Shown here: positions 1 to 11,757 of the stretch, piece after piece | Layout of the letters: each line of letters starts with the position of its first letter | Numbering within the stretch: position 1 is the stretch's first letter | Assembly: GCA_963753685.1 (NCBI GenBank) | Contig: CAVWDE010000010.1 | Location: 135,448 to 199,447 of the forward strand | Origin: an uncultured Alphaproteobacteria bacterium | Lineage (GTDB): Bacteria; Pseudomonadota; Alphaproteobacteria; Geminicoccales; Geminicoccaceae | Reading direction: 5' to 3' | Length of the DNA: 64,000 nt | Made by a program: the position numbers and the translations under genes | Notes under the pieces: generated by a model | Seen by the model: only the letters and a program-made list of their open reading frames with translations | What the model was told of the DNA's origin: nothing | Databases searched by the model: none

Positions 1-824
1 CAGCCGGGATTCTCACCGTGGCGGTCGGCGCGTTCGAAGCCGTCCTCGAACGGGAGATCGGGCCCTGGCTTGCGGCCGCGCCGGTTCTGCCGATCATCGC
101 TTCGGGCATGATCACCTCGCGCCAGGGCTGGGTCGAGGTGCCCTACCGCCCCTGCCCGGCCGGCGGCGCCGAGCTGGCCGCAGCACTCCTGCGCTATGAG
201 ATCGGCGCCGACCGGGCCATCCACTTCGTGCCGGGCCTGTCGCTGATCGGCGCCGACGGCGTGCCCGATGTGATCCGGGGCGAGGAGACCCAGATCCTCG
301 GAGAACTCGGGAACGAGCGGGCGCGCCGCGCCTTCGTCCTGCCCGGCACCCACAGCAAGTGGGCGTTCGCCGAGGGTGGCCGGATCGTCTGGTTCGCAAC
401 CTTCATGACCGGGGAAGTGTTCGCGGTGCTGAAGGCGCACAGCATCCTCGGCCGGCTCATGGCGGGCGAGACGGCAGACGAGGAGGCTTTCGCGCGCGGC
501 CTCGCCTACGGCCGCAACGGCCCGGGCGGGCTCTTGAAGCGGTTGTTCAGCGCGCGCACGCTCGGCCTGTTCGACCGGTTGCCGGCGACCGGCATCGCTT
601 CTTATCTGTCGGGCCTCCTGATCGGCAGCGAGATCGCCGAGGCAAGGTCCTGCCTGCAGGACCATCCCGGCGCCGGCGAGATCGCCGTGATCGGCGGCTC
701 GGACCTGGCGCTGCGCTATCGGCTCGCGATCGAAGCCGCGGGCCTGCATGCCCGCACCGGGCATCCGGACGCTGGCGCCCGCGGGCAGCTGTTGATCGCC
801 AGGGCCGCGGGGCTGATGCCATGA
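1..824 (+). CDS. dgoK: 2-dehydro-3-deoxygalactonokinase, 5' end outside the window
   Basis: The frame is open from the window edge. Translation ...SGMITSRQGWVEVPY...VLPGTHSKW... fits the DgoK family from about residue 60 onward. The stop overlaps the next ATG (ATGA at 821-824). Confidence 0.8.
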   Translation, partial: AGILTVAVGAFEAVLEREIGPWLAAAPVLPIIASGMITSRQGWVEVPYRPCPAGGAELAAALLRYEIGADRAIHFVPGLSLIGADGVPDVIRGEETQILGELGNERARRAFVLPGTHSKWAFAEGGRIVWFATFMTGEVFAVLKAHSILGRLMAGETADEEAFARGLAYGRNGPGGLLKRLFSARTLGLFDRLPATGIASYLSGLLIGSEIAEARSCLQDHPGAGEIAVIGGSDLALRYRLAIEAAGLHARTGHPDAGARGQLLIARAAGLMP

Positions 825-1465
825 GCGAGCTCGAGGAACTCCTGGGGTCGCTGCCGCTGATCGCGATCCTGCGCGGCGTGCGGCCGGACGAGGCGGTTGC
901 GATCGGCGGCGCGCTGACCGAGGCGGGCTTCGCAGCCATCGAGGTGCCGCTCAACTCGCCCGAGCCGCTGGCGAGCATCGAGCGCCTGGCCCGGGCGTTC
1001 GGCGAGCGGACGCTGATCGGCGCCGGCACCGTGCTTGAACCGGCCGCGGTCGAGCGGGTGAGCGCGGCCGGCGGCCGGCTGATCGTCATGCCCCACGGCG
1101 ATCCGGCGATCATCCGGGCCGCCAAGGCCGCCGGGCTGCTGTGCGTCCCCGGGGTCGCGACCCCGACCGAGGCGTTCGCGGCCCTCGTGGCGGGTGCCGA
1201 TGCGCTCAAGCTGTTTCCCGCCGAGGCCCTGCCGCCCCAGACCGTGAAAGCCTGGCGCGCGGTGCTGCCGAAGGACGTCTGGCTGCTGCCGGTCGGCGGC
1301 ATCGCGCCCGCGACCATGGCGCCTTATCTCGCGGCCGGCGCCAACGGCTTCGGCCTCGGCTCGGCCCTCTATCGGGCGGGCATGAGCGCGGCCGAGGTCG
1401 CGGACCCGGCGCGGGCGTTCGTGACAGCCTGGCGCGCACTCGGCAGCCCTGGGACGGCATCCTAG
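821..1465 (+). CDS. dgoA: 2-dehydro-3-deoxy-6-phosphogalactonate (KDPGal) aldolase
   Basis: MSELEELLGSLPLIAILRGV...IEVPLNSP...GAGTV...LKLFPA is typical of the KDPG/KDPGal aldolase family. It is translationally coupled to dgoK. Confidence 0.85.
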   Translation: MSELEELLGSLPLIAILRGVRPDEAVAIGGALTEAGFAAIEVPLNSPEPLASIERLARAFGERTLIGAGTVLEPAAVERVSAAGGRLIVMPHGDPAIIRAAKAAGLLCVPGVATPTEAFAALVAGADALKLFPAEALPPQTVKAWRAVLPKDVWLLPVGGIAPATMAPYLAAGANGFGLGSALYRAGMSAAEVADPARAFVTAWRALGSPGTAS

Positions 1466-2037
1466 CAGGTCATGTGCTCGGTTTTGGGCAGCGCGCAGGT
1501 GGCCGCGGCGTAGGCCCGCCCTTCGCCCGGCCGGATCGGCTTCTCGTCGAGGCGCGCGAGGCCGAGATACTGGACGTGCACCCGGGCGAGGCCCTGGTCC
1601 TCGAAGCCGAGCTCATGCGCCGCGGCCTGCGACAGGTCGATCAGGCGGCCCTTGAGGAACGGTCCGCGATCGTTGACCCGGAGCACGAGGCTGCGGCCGT
1701 TCGCGAGATTGGTGACCTCCACGAGGCTCGGCAGCGGCAGGGTCGGATGCGCCGCGGTCAGCGCCTCGACGTCATAGATCTCGCCGTTGGCGGTCTCGTG
1801 GCCGTCGTAGGAGGCGCCGTACCAGGACGCGATACCGGTCGCCTCGTAGGCGGTCACGAACTTCGGATGATACCACTTGCCATCGACCTCATAAGCGTCG
1901 CCGATCTTGAAATGCGGGCCCGCGCTCCGGACGTCGGAGGGAGTGCTGCTGCAGCCGGCGAGCGCCACGAGCGCGCCGAACAGAGCCCCATAGCCGAGGC
2001 TGATCCATCGCCTGCCCGATCCCGGGGCTCGTTGCAT
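1462..2037 (-). CDS. rlpA: Septal ring lytic transglycosylase RlpA-family lipoprotein
   Basis: ATG at 2037. The signal has lipobox LAGC. The DPBB motif ASWYG...ETANGEIYD...TAAHPTLPLPSLVEVTNLANGRSLVLRVNDRGP is present. Confidence 0.8.
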   Translation of the reverse strand: MQRAPGSGRRWISLGYGALFGALVALAGCSSTPSDVRSAGPHFKIGDAYEVDGKWYHPKFVTAYEATGIASWYGASYDGHETANGEIYDVEALTAAHPTLPLPSLVEVTNLANGRSLVLRVNDRGPFLKGRLIDLSQAAAHELGFEDQGLARVHVQYLGLARLDEKPIRPGEGRAYAAATCALPKTEHMTC

Positions 2038-2213
2038 GTTGAAAAACTCCCCTGCGAAAACTGATCCATAAAAAACACAGCAAATTGTCCGGGACAACCG
2101 GCCGGGGCTACAGTCGGGTATGTTGCGGTCGAAAATGCGCCCGCGGCCGGCCGCTGTTGTCGCCGGGGGCGTCCGGGCGTAGCTTTCAATCGCCTGATCC
2201 GGGAGGGAGCAGA

Positions 2214-3161
2214 ATGAAAATCGGCATCGTCGGCAGCGGGGCCATGGGCTCGGTCTACGGCGCACTGCTGGCAGCTGCCGGCAACCAGCTCTGGCTGTTC
2301 GATCAGTGGCGCGAGCACGTCGAGGCGATGCGCGCCAAGGGGCTGCGCTGCACGGGTGCCAGCGGCGACCGGACGGTCCCGGTCCATGCGACCACGGAGG
2401 CCGCCGAGGCGGGGCCGTGCGAGCTCGCGATCGTCGCGACCAAGGTCATGGACATCGAGGCGGGCGTGCGCGCCGCACAGCCCATGATCGGACCCGAAAC
2501 GCTGGTCCTGACCATCCAGAACGGGCTTGGCAACGTCGAGCGCATCCAACGGGTCGTCAGCCCGGAAAACCTCCTGTTCGGCATCGCGGGCGGCTTCGGC
2601 GCCGAGATGATCGGGCCGGGCCACGTCCACCACAACGGCATGGAGGCGATCAACCTCGCCGAGCTGAAAGGGGGCATCACGCCGCGCCTGGAGCAGGTTG
2701 CCGAGGTCTGGCGCCAGGCGGGCTTCAAGGTCGCGACCTTCGAGGATCTCTGGCCGGTGGTCTGGAGCAAGCTGATCGCCAACGTCGCGTTCAGCGCGAT
2801 CTGCGCCGCGACCGGCATGCGGGTCGGCCAGGCGCGGGCCAACGAATGGGCCTGGGGCCTGGCCAAGGCCTGCATCAACGAGGCGGCCGCGGTCGCCGCC
2901 GCCAAGGGCATCAAGCTCGCCTACGCCGACCCGGTGCAATGGGTGTCCGACTTTGCCGGCAAGATCCCGAACGCCCGCCCGTCGATGTACCAGGACCTGC
3001 TCGCCGGCCGGCGCTCGGAGATCGATTCGATCCAGGGCGGCGTGGTCGCCGAAGGCGCCAAACTCGGCGTCCCGACCCCCACCTGCGCCTTCATGGTCCA
3101 GCTGGTCAAAGCCCTGGAGGCCAAGCGCCAAGCCCACGAAGACTCTTACCGCGCGCTGTAG
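2214..3161 (+). CDS. panE: 2-dehydropantoate 2-reductase (ApbA/PanE family)
   Basis: ATG at 2214 follows a GGGAGGGA Shine-Dalgarno. MKIGIVGSGAMGSVYG is a Rossmann motif. WSKLIANVAF and ...SMYQDLLAGRRSEIDSI... are ketopantoate reductase signatures. Confidence 0.8.
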   Translation: MKIGIVGSGAMGSVYGALLAAAGNQLWLFDQWREHVEAMRAKGLRCTGASGDRTVPVHATTEAAEAGPCELAIVATKVMDIEAGVRAAQPMIGPETLVLTIQNGLGNVERIQRVVSPENLLFGIAGGFGAEMIGPGHVHHNGMEAINLAELKGGITPRLEQVAEVWRQAGFKVATFEDLWPVVWSKLIANVAFSAICAATGMRVGQARANEWAWGLAKACINEAAAVAAAKGIKLAYADPVQWVSDFAGKIPNARPSMYQDLLAGRRSEIDSIQGGVVAEGAKLGVPTPTCAFMVQLVKALEAKRQAHEDSYRAL

Positions 3162-3190
3162 CGCTGCAGACAGAGAACATTTCCGATCGC

Positions 3191-3219
3191 TTGCCTGCGC
3201 ATTGGCATGCGCATACTCT
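3191..3219 (+). promoter_or_regulatory. Candidate sigma70-type promoter of ccdAB with an embedded operator palindrome
   Basis: TTGCCT (3191-3196), a 17-nt spacer, then TACTCT (3214-3219). The spacer contains the inverted repeat TGCGCAT/ATGCGCA (3196-3202 and 3207-3213). The site lies 28 nt upstream of the ccdA ATG. This layout is typical of autoregulated toxin-antitoxin promoters. Confidence 0.45.
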
Positions 3220-3246
3220 GGCACCTCGAACTGCCGGAGACCTGCG

Positions 3247-3495
3247 ATGGCCCTCCCCGTGTGCGATCCCAAGGCGCCCAAGAAGGCGGTCAATCTTTCG
3301 ATCAACAGTGATCTGCTCCGGCAGGCTCGCGAGCTCAAGATCAATCTATCGAAGACACTGGAAAGCCAGCTTGAACGGGTCGTCCGCGAAGAGCGCGCGC
3401 GCCGTTGGAAGGAAGAGAACCGCGAGGCAATGGAGGCGTTCAATCGCTTTGTCGAACAGCATGGTATCTTCAATGATGTTCGACGCTGGCTTTGA
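3247..3495 (+). CDS. ccdA: Type II antitoxin CcdA
   Basis: The 82-aa product ...KKAVNLSINSDLLRQARELKINLSKTLE...WKEENREAMEAFNRFVEQHGIFND fits the CcdA family. The stop overlaps the ccdB start. GC is visibly lower than the flanks. Confidence 0.8.
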   Translation: MALPVCDPKAPKKAVNLSINSDLLRQARELKINLSKTLESQLERVVREERARRWKEENREAMEAFNRFVEQHGIFNDVRRWL

Positions 3496-3809
3496 TGGCG
3501 CAGTTCGACGTTCATCGAAGCCCCGCCGAGCGGCGCCACGAAGGGATTCCCTACCTCCTGAACGTCCAGTCCGATTATCTTGACTATCTGGCAGTGCGTG
3601 TCGTCGTGCCGCTGCTGCGCTCCGACGGCCGTGATGTCATGGTGCGACAGCTCAATCCGAAGTTCGAAGTTCAGGGCGTGTCAGTCGTCATGATCACTCA
3701 GCTGATCGGGGGCATGCCAACGCCTGCCCTCGGTAAGGTAGTCGCCAACCTCGCCGATCAGCGGGCGGAGATCGTCGGCGCGATCGACATGCTGATCACC
3801 GGCGTTTGA
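3492..3809 (+). CDS. ccdB: Type II toxin CcdB (gyrase poison family)
   Basis: MAQFDVHRSP...IPYLLNVQSDYLDYLAVRVVVPL...LNPKFEVQGVSVVMITQLIGGMP...IVGAIDMLITG fits the CcdB family. Confidence 0.85.
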   Translation: MMAQFDVHRSPAERRHEGIPYLLNVQSDYLDYLAVRVVVPLLRSDGRDVMVRQLNPKFEVQGVSVVMITQLIGGMPTPALGKVVANLADQRAEIVGAIDMLITGV

Positions 3810-3839
3810 ACAGAAGGTCGGTAGCCCCGTGCCGGCCGG

Positions 3840-5072
3840 TCAGGAGCGGTAGTCGGCGTTGATCGCGATGTAGCCGGCGGTCAGATCGCAGGTCCAGACG
3901 ATGGCCGCGCCCGGGCCGCCGCCGACCACCACCTCGAGCAGGATCTCCTGGCCCTTGAGGTGCGCCACCACCGGCGTCTCGTCGTAGCCCTCGAGCCGGT
4001 GGCCGTCCTCGGCGATCGGGTGGCCGCCGAACCGGATCGCGATCCGCGCCGGCTCGATCGGCTCGCCCGCCTTGCCGATCGCCATGGCGAGGCGACCCCA
4101 GTTGGCATCGCCGCCGGCGATCGCGGTCTTGACCAAGGGCGAGTTGGCGATGCTGAAGGCGACCTTGCGGGCCAAGTCGTCGGTGACCGCGCCCGCGACC
4201 CGCACCTCGATCAGCTTCTTGGCTCCTTCACCGTCGCGCACGACCTGCTGGGCGAGGTCGGTCATCACCAGGGCCAGGGCGGCGCGAAAGCCCGCGAGCA
4301 GCGGATCGTCGAGGCGCGCCGGGGCCGGGTGGCGCGCCTGGCCGGTCGCGAACAGCAGGACCGCGTCCGAGGTCGAGGTGTCGCCATCGACGGTGATCGC
4401 ATTGAAGGAGCCGCGGTTCGCCTCGGCCAGCAGCGCCTGCAGCAGGCCCGCCGGCAGGGCCGCGTCGGTGAACAGGAAGGCGAGCATGGTCGCCATGTCC
4501 GGCTGGATCATGCCCGAGCCCTTGCAGATGCCGCAGATCGAGACCTCGGCATCGCCGATCGCCGCCCGCGCGAAGCTGCCTTTGAAGAAGGTATCGGTGG
4601 TCGCGATCGCGCGCGCGGCGAGCTCCCAGGCGCCCGGCTCCAGAGCCGCCTCGAGCTCCGGCAACCTCGCGACCACGCTCGCGACATCGAGGCGCTCGCC
4701 GATGACCCCGGTCGAGGCGATGTAGATCTCCTCGGGCCGGGCGCCCAGCAGCTTTGCGGTCGCCTCGGCCTCGGTCCGGACCACGGCATCGCCCGCGGCG
4801 CCGACCATCACGTTCGCCTGGCCGGCGTTGACGACCAGCGCGCGCGCCCGGCCATAAGGCAGGATCGCGCGGCACCAGCGGACCGGATGGCCGGGCAGCA
4901 GGCTCTTGGTGAACAGGCCCGCGACCGTGGTGCCGGGGACGAGCTCGATCAGGGTCAGATCCGGCCGGCCGCGATAGCGCAGCCCGGCGGCGCAGGCCGC
5001 AAGACGCACGCCCGGCACTGCCGGCAGATCCGGGAAGCGCGCCGGTGCCAGCGGTGAGCGCGCAAGCGGCAT
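3840..5072 (-). CDS. argJ: Bifunctional glutamate N-acetyltransferase / amino-acid acetyltransferase
   Basis: Full-length 410 aa. ...ATTDTF..., ...KGSGMIQPDMATMLAFLFTDA... (autoprocessing T) and a C-terminal ...GYIAINADYRS are ArgJ hallmarks. Confidence 0.95.
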   Translation of the reverse strand: MPLARSPLAPARFPDLPAVPGVRLAACAAGLRYRGRPDLTLIELVPGTTVAGLFTKSLLPGHPVRWCRAILPYGRARALVVNAGQANVMVGAAGDAVVRTEAEATAKLLGARPEEIYIASTGVIGERLDVASVVARLPELEAALEPGAWELAARAIATTDTFFKGSFARAAIGDAEVSICGICKGSGMIQPDMATMLAFLFTDAALPAGLLQALLAEANRGSFNAITVDGDTSTSDAVLLFATGQARHPAPARLDDPLLAGFRAALALVMTDLAQQVVRDGEGAKKLIEVRVAGAVTDDLARKVAFSIANSPLVKTAIAGGDANWGRLAMAIGKAGEPIEPARIAIRFGGHPIAEDGHRLEGYDETPVVAHLKGQEILLEVVVGGGPGAAIVWTCDLTAGYIAINADYRS

Positions 5073-5144
5073 GACCTTTCCCTCCCCGACCGGCTCCCTG
5101 ACCCGGGCGCTTCGGTCGCGATCACTCGAGCCCGAGGGCCGCTC

Positions 5145-6116
5145 TCACTTGGCTTCTGGTTTGGGTTGCGCTTCCGGCTGCGCCGCGGGTGCCGGCTCAG
5201 CCCCGGGTGCGGGCTGAGCCTCGGCCGCGGGCGCCGCCGGCATCGGCGTGCCGTCGAGATTGAAGCGCTCGATCTTGGCACCCTCGTGCAGATCGGCGAC
5301 CAGAGCGGTCACGATCTCGCGGGCCAGGTCCTGGCGCAGCTGCGGCTCGCTGTCCTCGAAGGACGGCTCGACGGTCCGGCGCTCGAACACCTTGATCACG
5401 TGCCAGCCGAACTGGGTCTGGACCGGCTCGGTCGTGATCTGGCCGGGCTGCAGCGCGAACGCCGCGTCGGCGAACGCCGGCACCATCTGCTCGCGCCGGA
5501 AGAAGCCGAGGTCGCCGCCGTTCGAGGCCGACGGCCCGGTCGAGTGCTGCTTGGCGAGGGTGGCGAAGTCGGCGCCGCTCTGCAGTTGCTGGATCACCGC
5601 CAGGGCCTCCTCCTTGGTCTTCAGGAGGATATGATGCGCATGGACCTCGGGCTGCGCGAAGTTCTGGCTCTGCTTCAGCTGATCGTAGCGCGCGTGCAGC
5701 TTGGCGTCGGTCGTGCCCTCCTCGATCTTGCGCCGGATCAGGGCATCGCGCATCACGTTGGTCCGGGCCCGGGCAAGCGCGAGCTGGACCCCCGGATCGG
5801 TGCCGAGCTTCTCGTGCTCGGCCTCGTTGGCGAGCAGCTGGAAGTCGATCACCCGGTCGAGCAGGATGCCGAACAGCACCTGCATCGGCATCTGCCGGTA
5901 CTGCTCGGGCAGGCCGCGCGCGGTCTCCTCGAGCTGCGAGCGATTGACCGCGACGCCGTCGACGATCGCCACCACGGGGTCCTCGTCCGCGGCCGGTTGC
6001 TGCGCGCCGGCTGGGGCCGGTTGCGGCGCCCCGGCCGGGGCCGGTTGCTGCGCCCAGGCGGGGGCGCTCAAAGCCAGCAGGCCGAGGGCGGCGGCGACGA
6101 AGGACTTGGCCAACAT
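5145..6116 (-). CDS. Periplasmic peptidyl-prolyl cis-trans isomerase (SurA-N plus parvulin domain)
   Basis: Signal peptide MLAKSFVAAALGLLALSAPAWA. The rotamase motif is ...HAHHILL...GGDLGFF...FGWHVIKV. Both termini are Pro/Ala-rich and low-complexity. Confidence 0.85.
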   Translation of the reverse strand: MLAKSFVAAALGLLALSAPAWAQQPAPAGAPQPAPAGAQQPAADEDPVVAIVDGVAVNRSQLEETARGLPEQYRQMPMQVLFGILLDRVIDFQLLANEAEHEKLGTDPGVQLALARARTNVMRDALIRRKIEEGTTDAKLHARYDQLKQSQNFAQPEVHAHHILLKTKEEALAVIQQLQSGADFATLAKQHSTGPSASNGGDLGFFRREQMVPAFADAAFALQPGQITTEPVQTQFGWHVIKVFERRTVEPSFEDSEPQLRQDLAREIVTALVADLHEGAKIERFNLDGTPMPAAPAAEAQPAPGAEPAPAAQPEAQPKPEAK

Positions 6117-6307
6117 GGAGTGGCTCCAGGGATCAGTGCAAGAGGGGCGCCATAAAGCACAACAGCGGGCCGCTCACAAGCATTCGCCGCGCCCCCGATC
6201 GGCCGGAGTTCGACCGGGGCTCGCGTTGACACCCAGGGGCAAACTGCCTATCTCACGGGGCAGTCCCGCCCCCAGTCTCGACCCCGCCCCGGGAGGATCC
6301 TGCGCCC

Positions 6308-9052
<2,745 letters not shown>

Positions 9053-9293
9053 GGCAGGACGGCACCGGCGGCTTTCCCGTGATCGGCGACCGACCCGCCA
9101 TCGCGAGGGGAGCATGCACCGAACCCGCCGGCGCGAGGCCAGCCGGGGTGCTCCGTCGCCCGATCCTGGTCCCGCCCGCGGCCGGCCTCCGGCGTCCCTC
9201 ACCAGAGCCCCTCGCATTGCCAACCCCCGCGGAGCCGGTATAGTGACCGGAGGCCGGGGGCCTGCGGACTCTCGCGCGCTGGAGGAGGCAGAA

Positions 9294-10668
9294 ATGGTCA
9301 GACGCAAACAGCAGGGAGATCTCCGGCAAGAGGCGTGGCGGCAGCAGATGCTGCGGGGCGAGATCGATCGGCGGGAGCTCCTGACGCGCAGCCTTGCCGC
9401 CGGCCTCGGCGTGGCCGGCGTCAGCGTGGCGGCCAAGTTCGGCATCGGCACCGCGCACGCGGACCGGCCCCTGACCCCGACGTTCTATCAGTGGATCGAG
9501 GACCTGCATCCCGGTATTCCCAAGGTCAACGCGCAGTTTCCCGGCATCAACTACCAGATCGCGCCGGTCGAGGGCTTCGGCATCGAACGGTTCGTCGCCG
9601 AGGCCAAGAAGGGCGAGAGCACCTGGGACGTCTATGTCGGCATGACGCCGTTCGTCGAAATGACCGCGATGATCCAGGCCGACGTGATCGAGCCCTGGGA
9701 CAAGTACATCCCGAAAGAGGTCATTGACGACATCATCCCGTCGATCCGCCAGGAATGCACGGTCGACGGCAAGCTCTACAGCTGGCCGTTCCTGCTCGAT
9801 GTGATCGGGATGGGCTGGCACTCGGGCCTCGCGACCAAAGCCGGACTGCCGGACACGGCGCCCGAGACCTGGGACGACTATCTGCAGAGCGCCCAGAAGA
9901 TCGTGGATTCGGGCGCCGCCCCGTTCGGGGCGACCTTCGACGCCCATGGCTGGCGCTCGCTGGCGCCGATGACCCACAGCCTCAGCACCGACGTCTACAC
10001 CTCCGAGGGCCTGTTCGATTTCACCAGCGACCCGGCGATCGAAGCCCTGATGCTGATGAAGAAGATCATGGCGCTGGCCAATCCCGACATCCTGCTCGCG
10101 GGCACCAGCGATGCCGGCGTCAACGGCACCCCGGACGAGGTCGCCTTTGCCGCCCAGCGGGTCGGCTACTACACCAAATACTTCAATGCGCCGCTGCGCA
10201 TGGCCCAGTACTGGCAAGATCCGACCCTCTTGAAGCTGGCACCGTTGCCCAAGTTCGCCAAGGGCGCGGGCTCGACGGTGTTCTGGACCACCGGCTCCTG
10301 TCTCCTCAAGTATGGTCAGAACAAGGAGAAGGCGGCGGAATACATCAAAACCCTGACCTACGATCCGCAGATCTGGAAGGACTTCGATCGCCGGCACGGA
10401 AACCGCGCACCCGGGGCAACTGCCGCCCTACGGCTCGATCTACGCCGCCTGGGCGACCAACCCGCCCGACTGGATGCCGGCCTTCGTGGGCCTCGTGCGC
10501 GGTCAGCTCGACCGCGCCAAGGCGATCACCAACAACCTGTTCGGCCTGCAGCAGTTCGTGATCGGGCAGCCGATCTGGGAGACCTACCTGAAGGGCGAGG
10601 AGAAGGATCCCCACATCGTCATGAAGAAGGTGGTCGATGCCGTGCACGCCGAGATGCAGCGCGGCTGA
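9294..10668 (+). pseudogene. ABC transporter substrate-binding protein (family 1, Tat signal), reading frame broken once
   Basis: ATG at 9294 follows GGAGGAGG. The Tat motif is RRELLTRSLAAGLGVAG. The frame breaks after ...TYDPQIWKD near 10380-10386. The conserved remainder SIAGTETAHPGQLPPYGSIYAAWATNPPDWMPAFVGLVRGQLDRAK...HAEMQRG continues in the +1 frame to the stop at 10668. Confidence 0.75.
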
Positions 10669-10680
10669 CGGCGCCAGGCG

Positions 10681-10740
10681 CAGACGGCAGGAGCGGGCCG
10701 CCCGCGTGCCTGCCGTCTGACCTGCCCCGACCGGTCAGAC
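10681..10740 (+). promoter_or_regulatory. Intercistronic stem-loops between the SBP and permease genes
   Basis: An 11-bp inverted repeat CAGACGGCAGG/CCTGCCGTCTG (10681-10691 and 10709-10719) has an inner GCGGGC/GCCCGC pair. It overlaps a second repeat, GTCTGACC/GGTCAGAC (10714-10721 and 10733-10740). There is no U-run, so a processing, stability or attenuation role is inferred rather than a terminator. Confidence 0.45.
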
Positions 10741-10786
10741 CGCCTGCCTGTCGCTCGGCGCCCCCGCCTCGAGGACCTGCAACGTC

Positions 10787-11722
10787 GTGGCAGCAGCCGT
10801 AGCCCGAACGTCCTGGCCCGCCCGCCGGAGCCACCTTCAGCAGCAGATCAGTCCGTGGGTCTTCCTCCTGCCCACGCTCATCTTCTTCGTCTGGTACCAG
10901 GCCTACCCGATCGTCCGCGTGGTCTGGATCAGCTTCACCGATTTCAAGTTCCTGAGCCACGAGCCGGCCAACTGGGTCGGCTTCAGCAACTATGCCGAAG
11001 CCCTCCGCGATCCTTTGCTGTGGACGAGCCTGTGGCGGGCGGCGCTGTTCACCATGATGTTCCTGCCCGGCACGATCATCATTCCGCTGCTCGTGGCGAT
11101 CCTGGTCGACCGCGTGCAGAACCAGCGCGTGGCGACCGTCTACCGCGTGATCCTGCTGATCCCGGCCGTCATCCCGAGCACGCTGATCTTCGTGCTCTGG
11201 AAATGGCTGTACAATTACCAGGTCGGGCCGATCAATCACCTTCTGGTCCAGGTCCTCGGGCTGTTCAGCTACCAGAATGCGCCGCAGTGGCTGGGCGGCA
11301 CGCCGCTCACCCTGCCGTCGATCGCGATCATGGAGGTCTGGTGGGGGCTGGGCTATCACAGCGTCTTCTTCCTCGCCGGCCTGGCCGCGATTCCCAAGGA
11401 ATTGCCGGAAGCGGCGCGCATCGACGGCGCCAACGAATGGCAGGTGTTCTGGCACGTCACTTTGCCGCGCCTGCAGCCGATCATGATGATCCTGGTCGTG
11501 CTGCGCTTCGGCACCTCGATGGCGGTGATCGACGAGTACCTGATCATGGGCGGCTTCAACCGCAACTCGCCGACCTACACCTGGACCATCTTCATGTACG
11601 ATCAGGCCTTCAAGACCGGCCTGTGGCGCCAGGGCTTCGCGGCCGCGATCGGCATGATCGGCGCCGTGGTGATGATGCTGTTCGTCGCCTTCCTCCTCTA
11701 CGTCTTCCGGCGCAAGGGCTGA
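10787..11722 (+). CDS. Carbohydrate-type ABC transporter permease (MalF/UgpA-like)
   Basis: GTG start. ...ISPWVFLLPTLIFFVWYQAYPIV... and the EAA loop ...LAAIPKELPEAARIDGANEWQVFWHVTLP are present, with six predicted TM segments. Confidence 0.85.
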   Translation: MAAAVARTSWPARRSHLQQQISPWVFLLPTLIFFVWYQAYPIVRVVWISFTDFKFLSHEPANWVGFSNYAEALRDPLLWTSLWRAALFTMMFLPGTIIIPLLVAILVDRVQNQRVATVYRVILLIPAVIPSTLIFVLWKWLYNYQVGPINHLLVQVLGLFSYQNAPQWLGGTPLTLPSIAIMEVWWGLGYHSVFFLAGLAAIPKELPEAARIDGANEWQVFWHVTLPRLQPIMMILVVLRFGTSMAVIDEYLIMGGFNRNSPTYTWTIFMYDQAFKTGLWRQGFAAAIGMIGAVVMMLFVAFLLYVFRRKG

Positions 11723-11757
11723 GCGGATGCAGGCGAGCCAGTCGCAACGGCGCGAGC

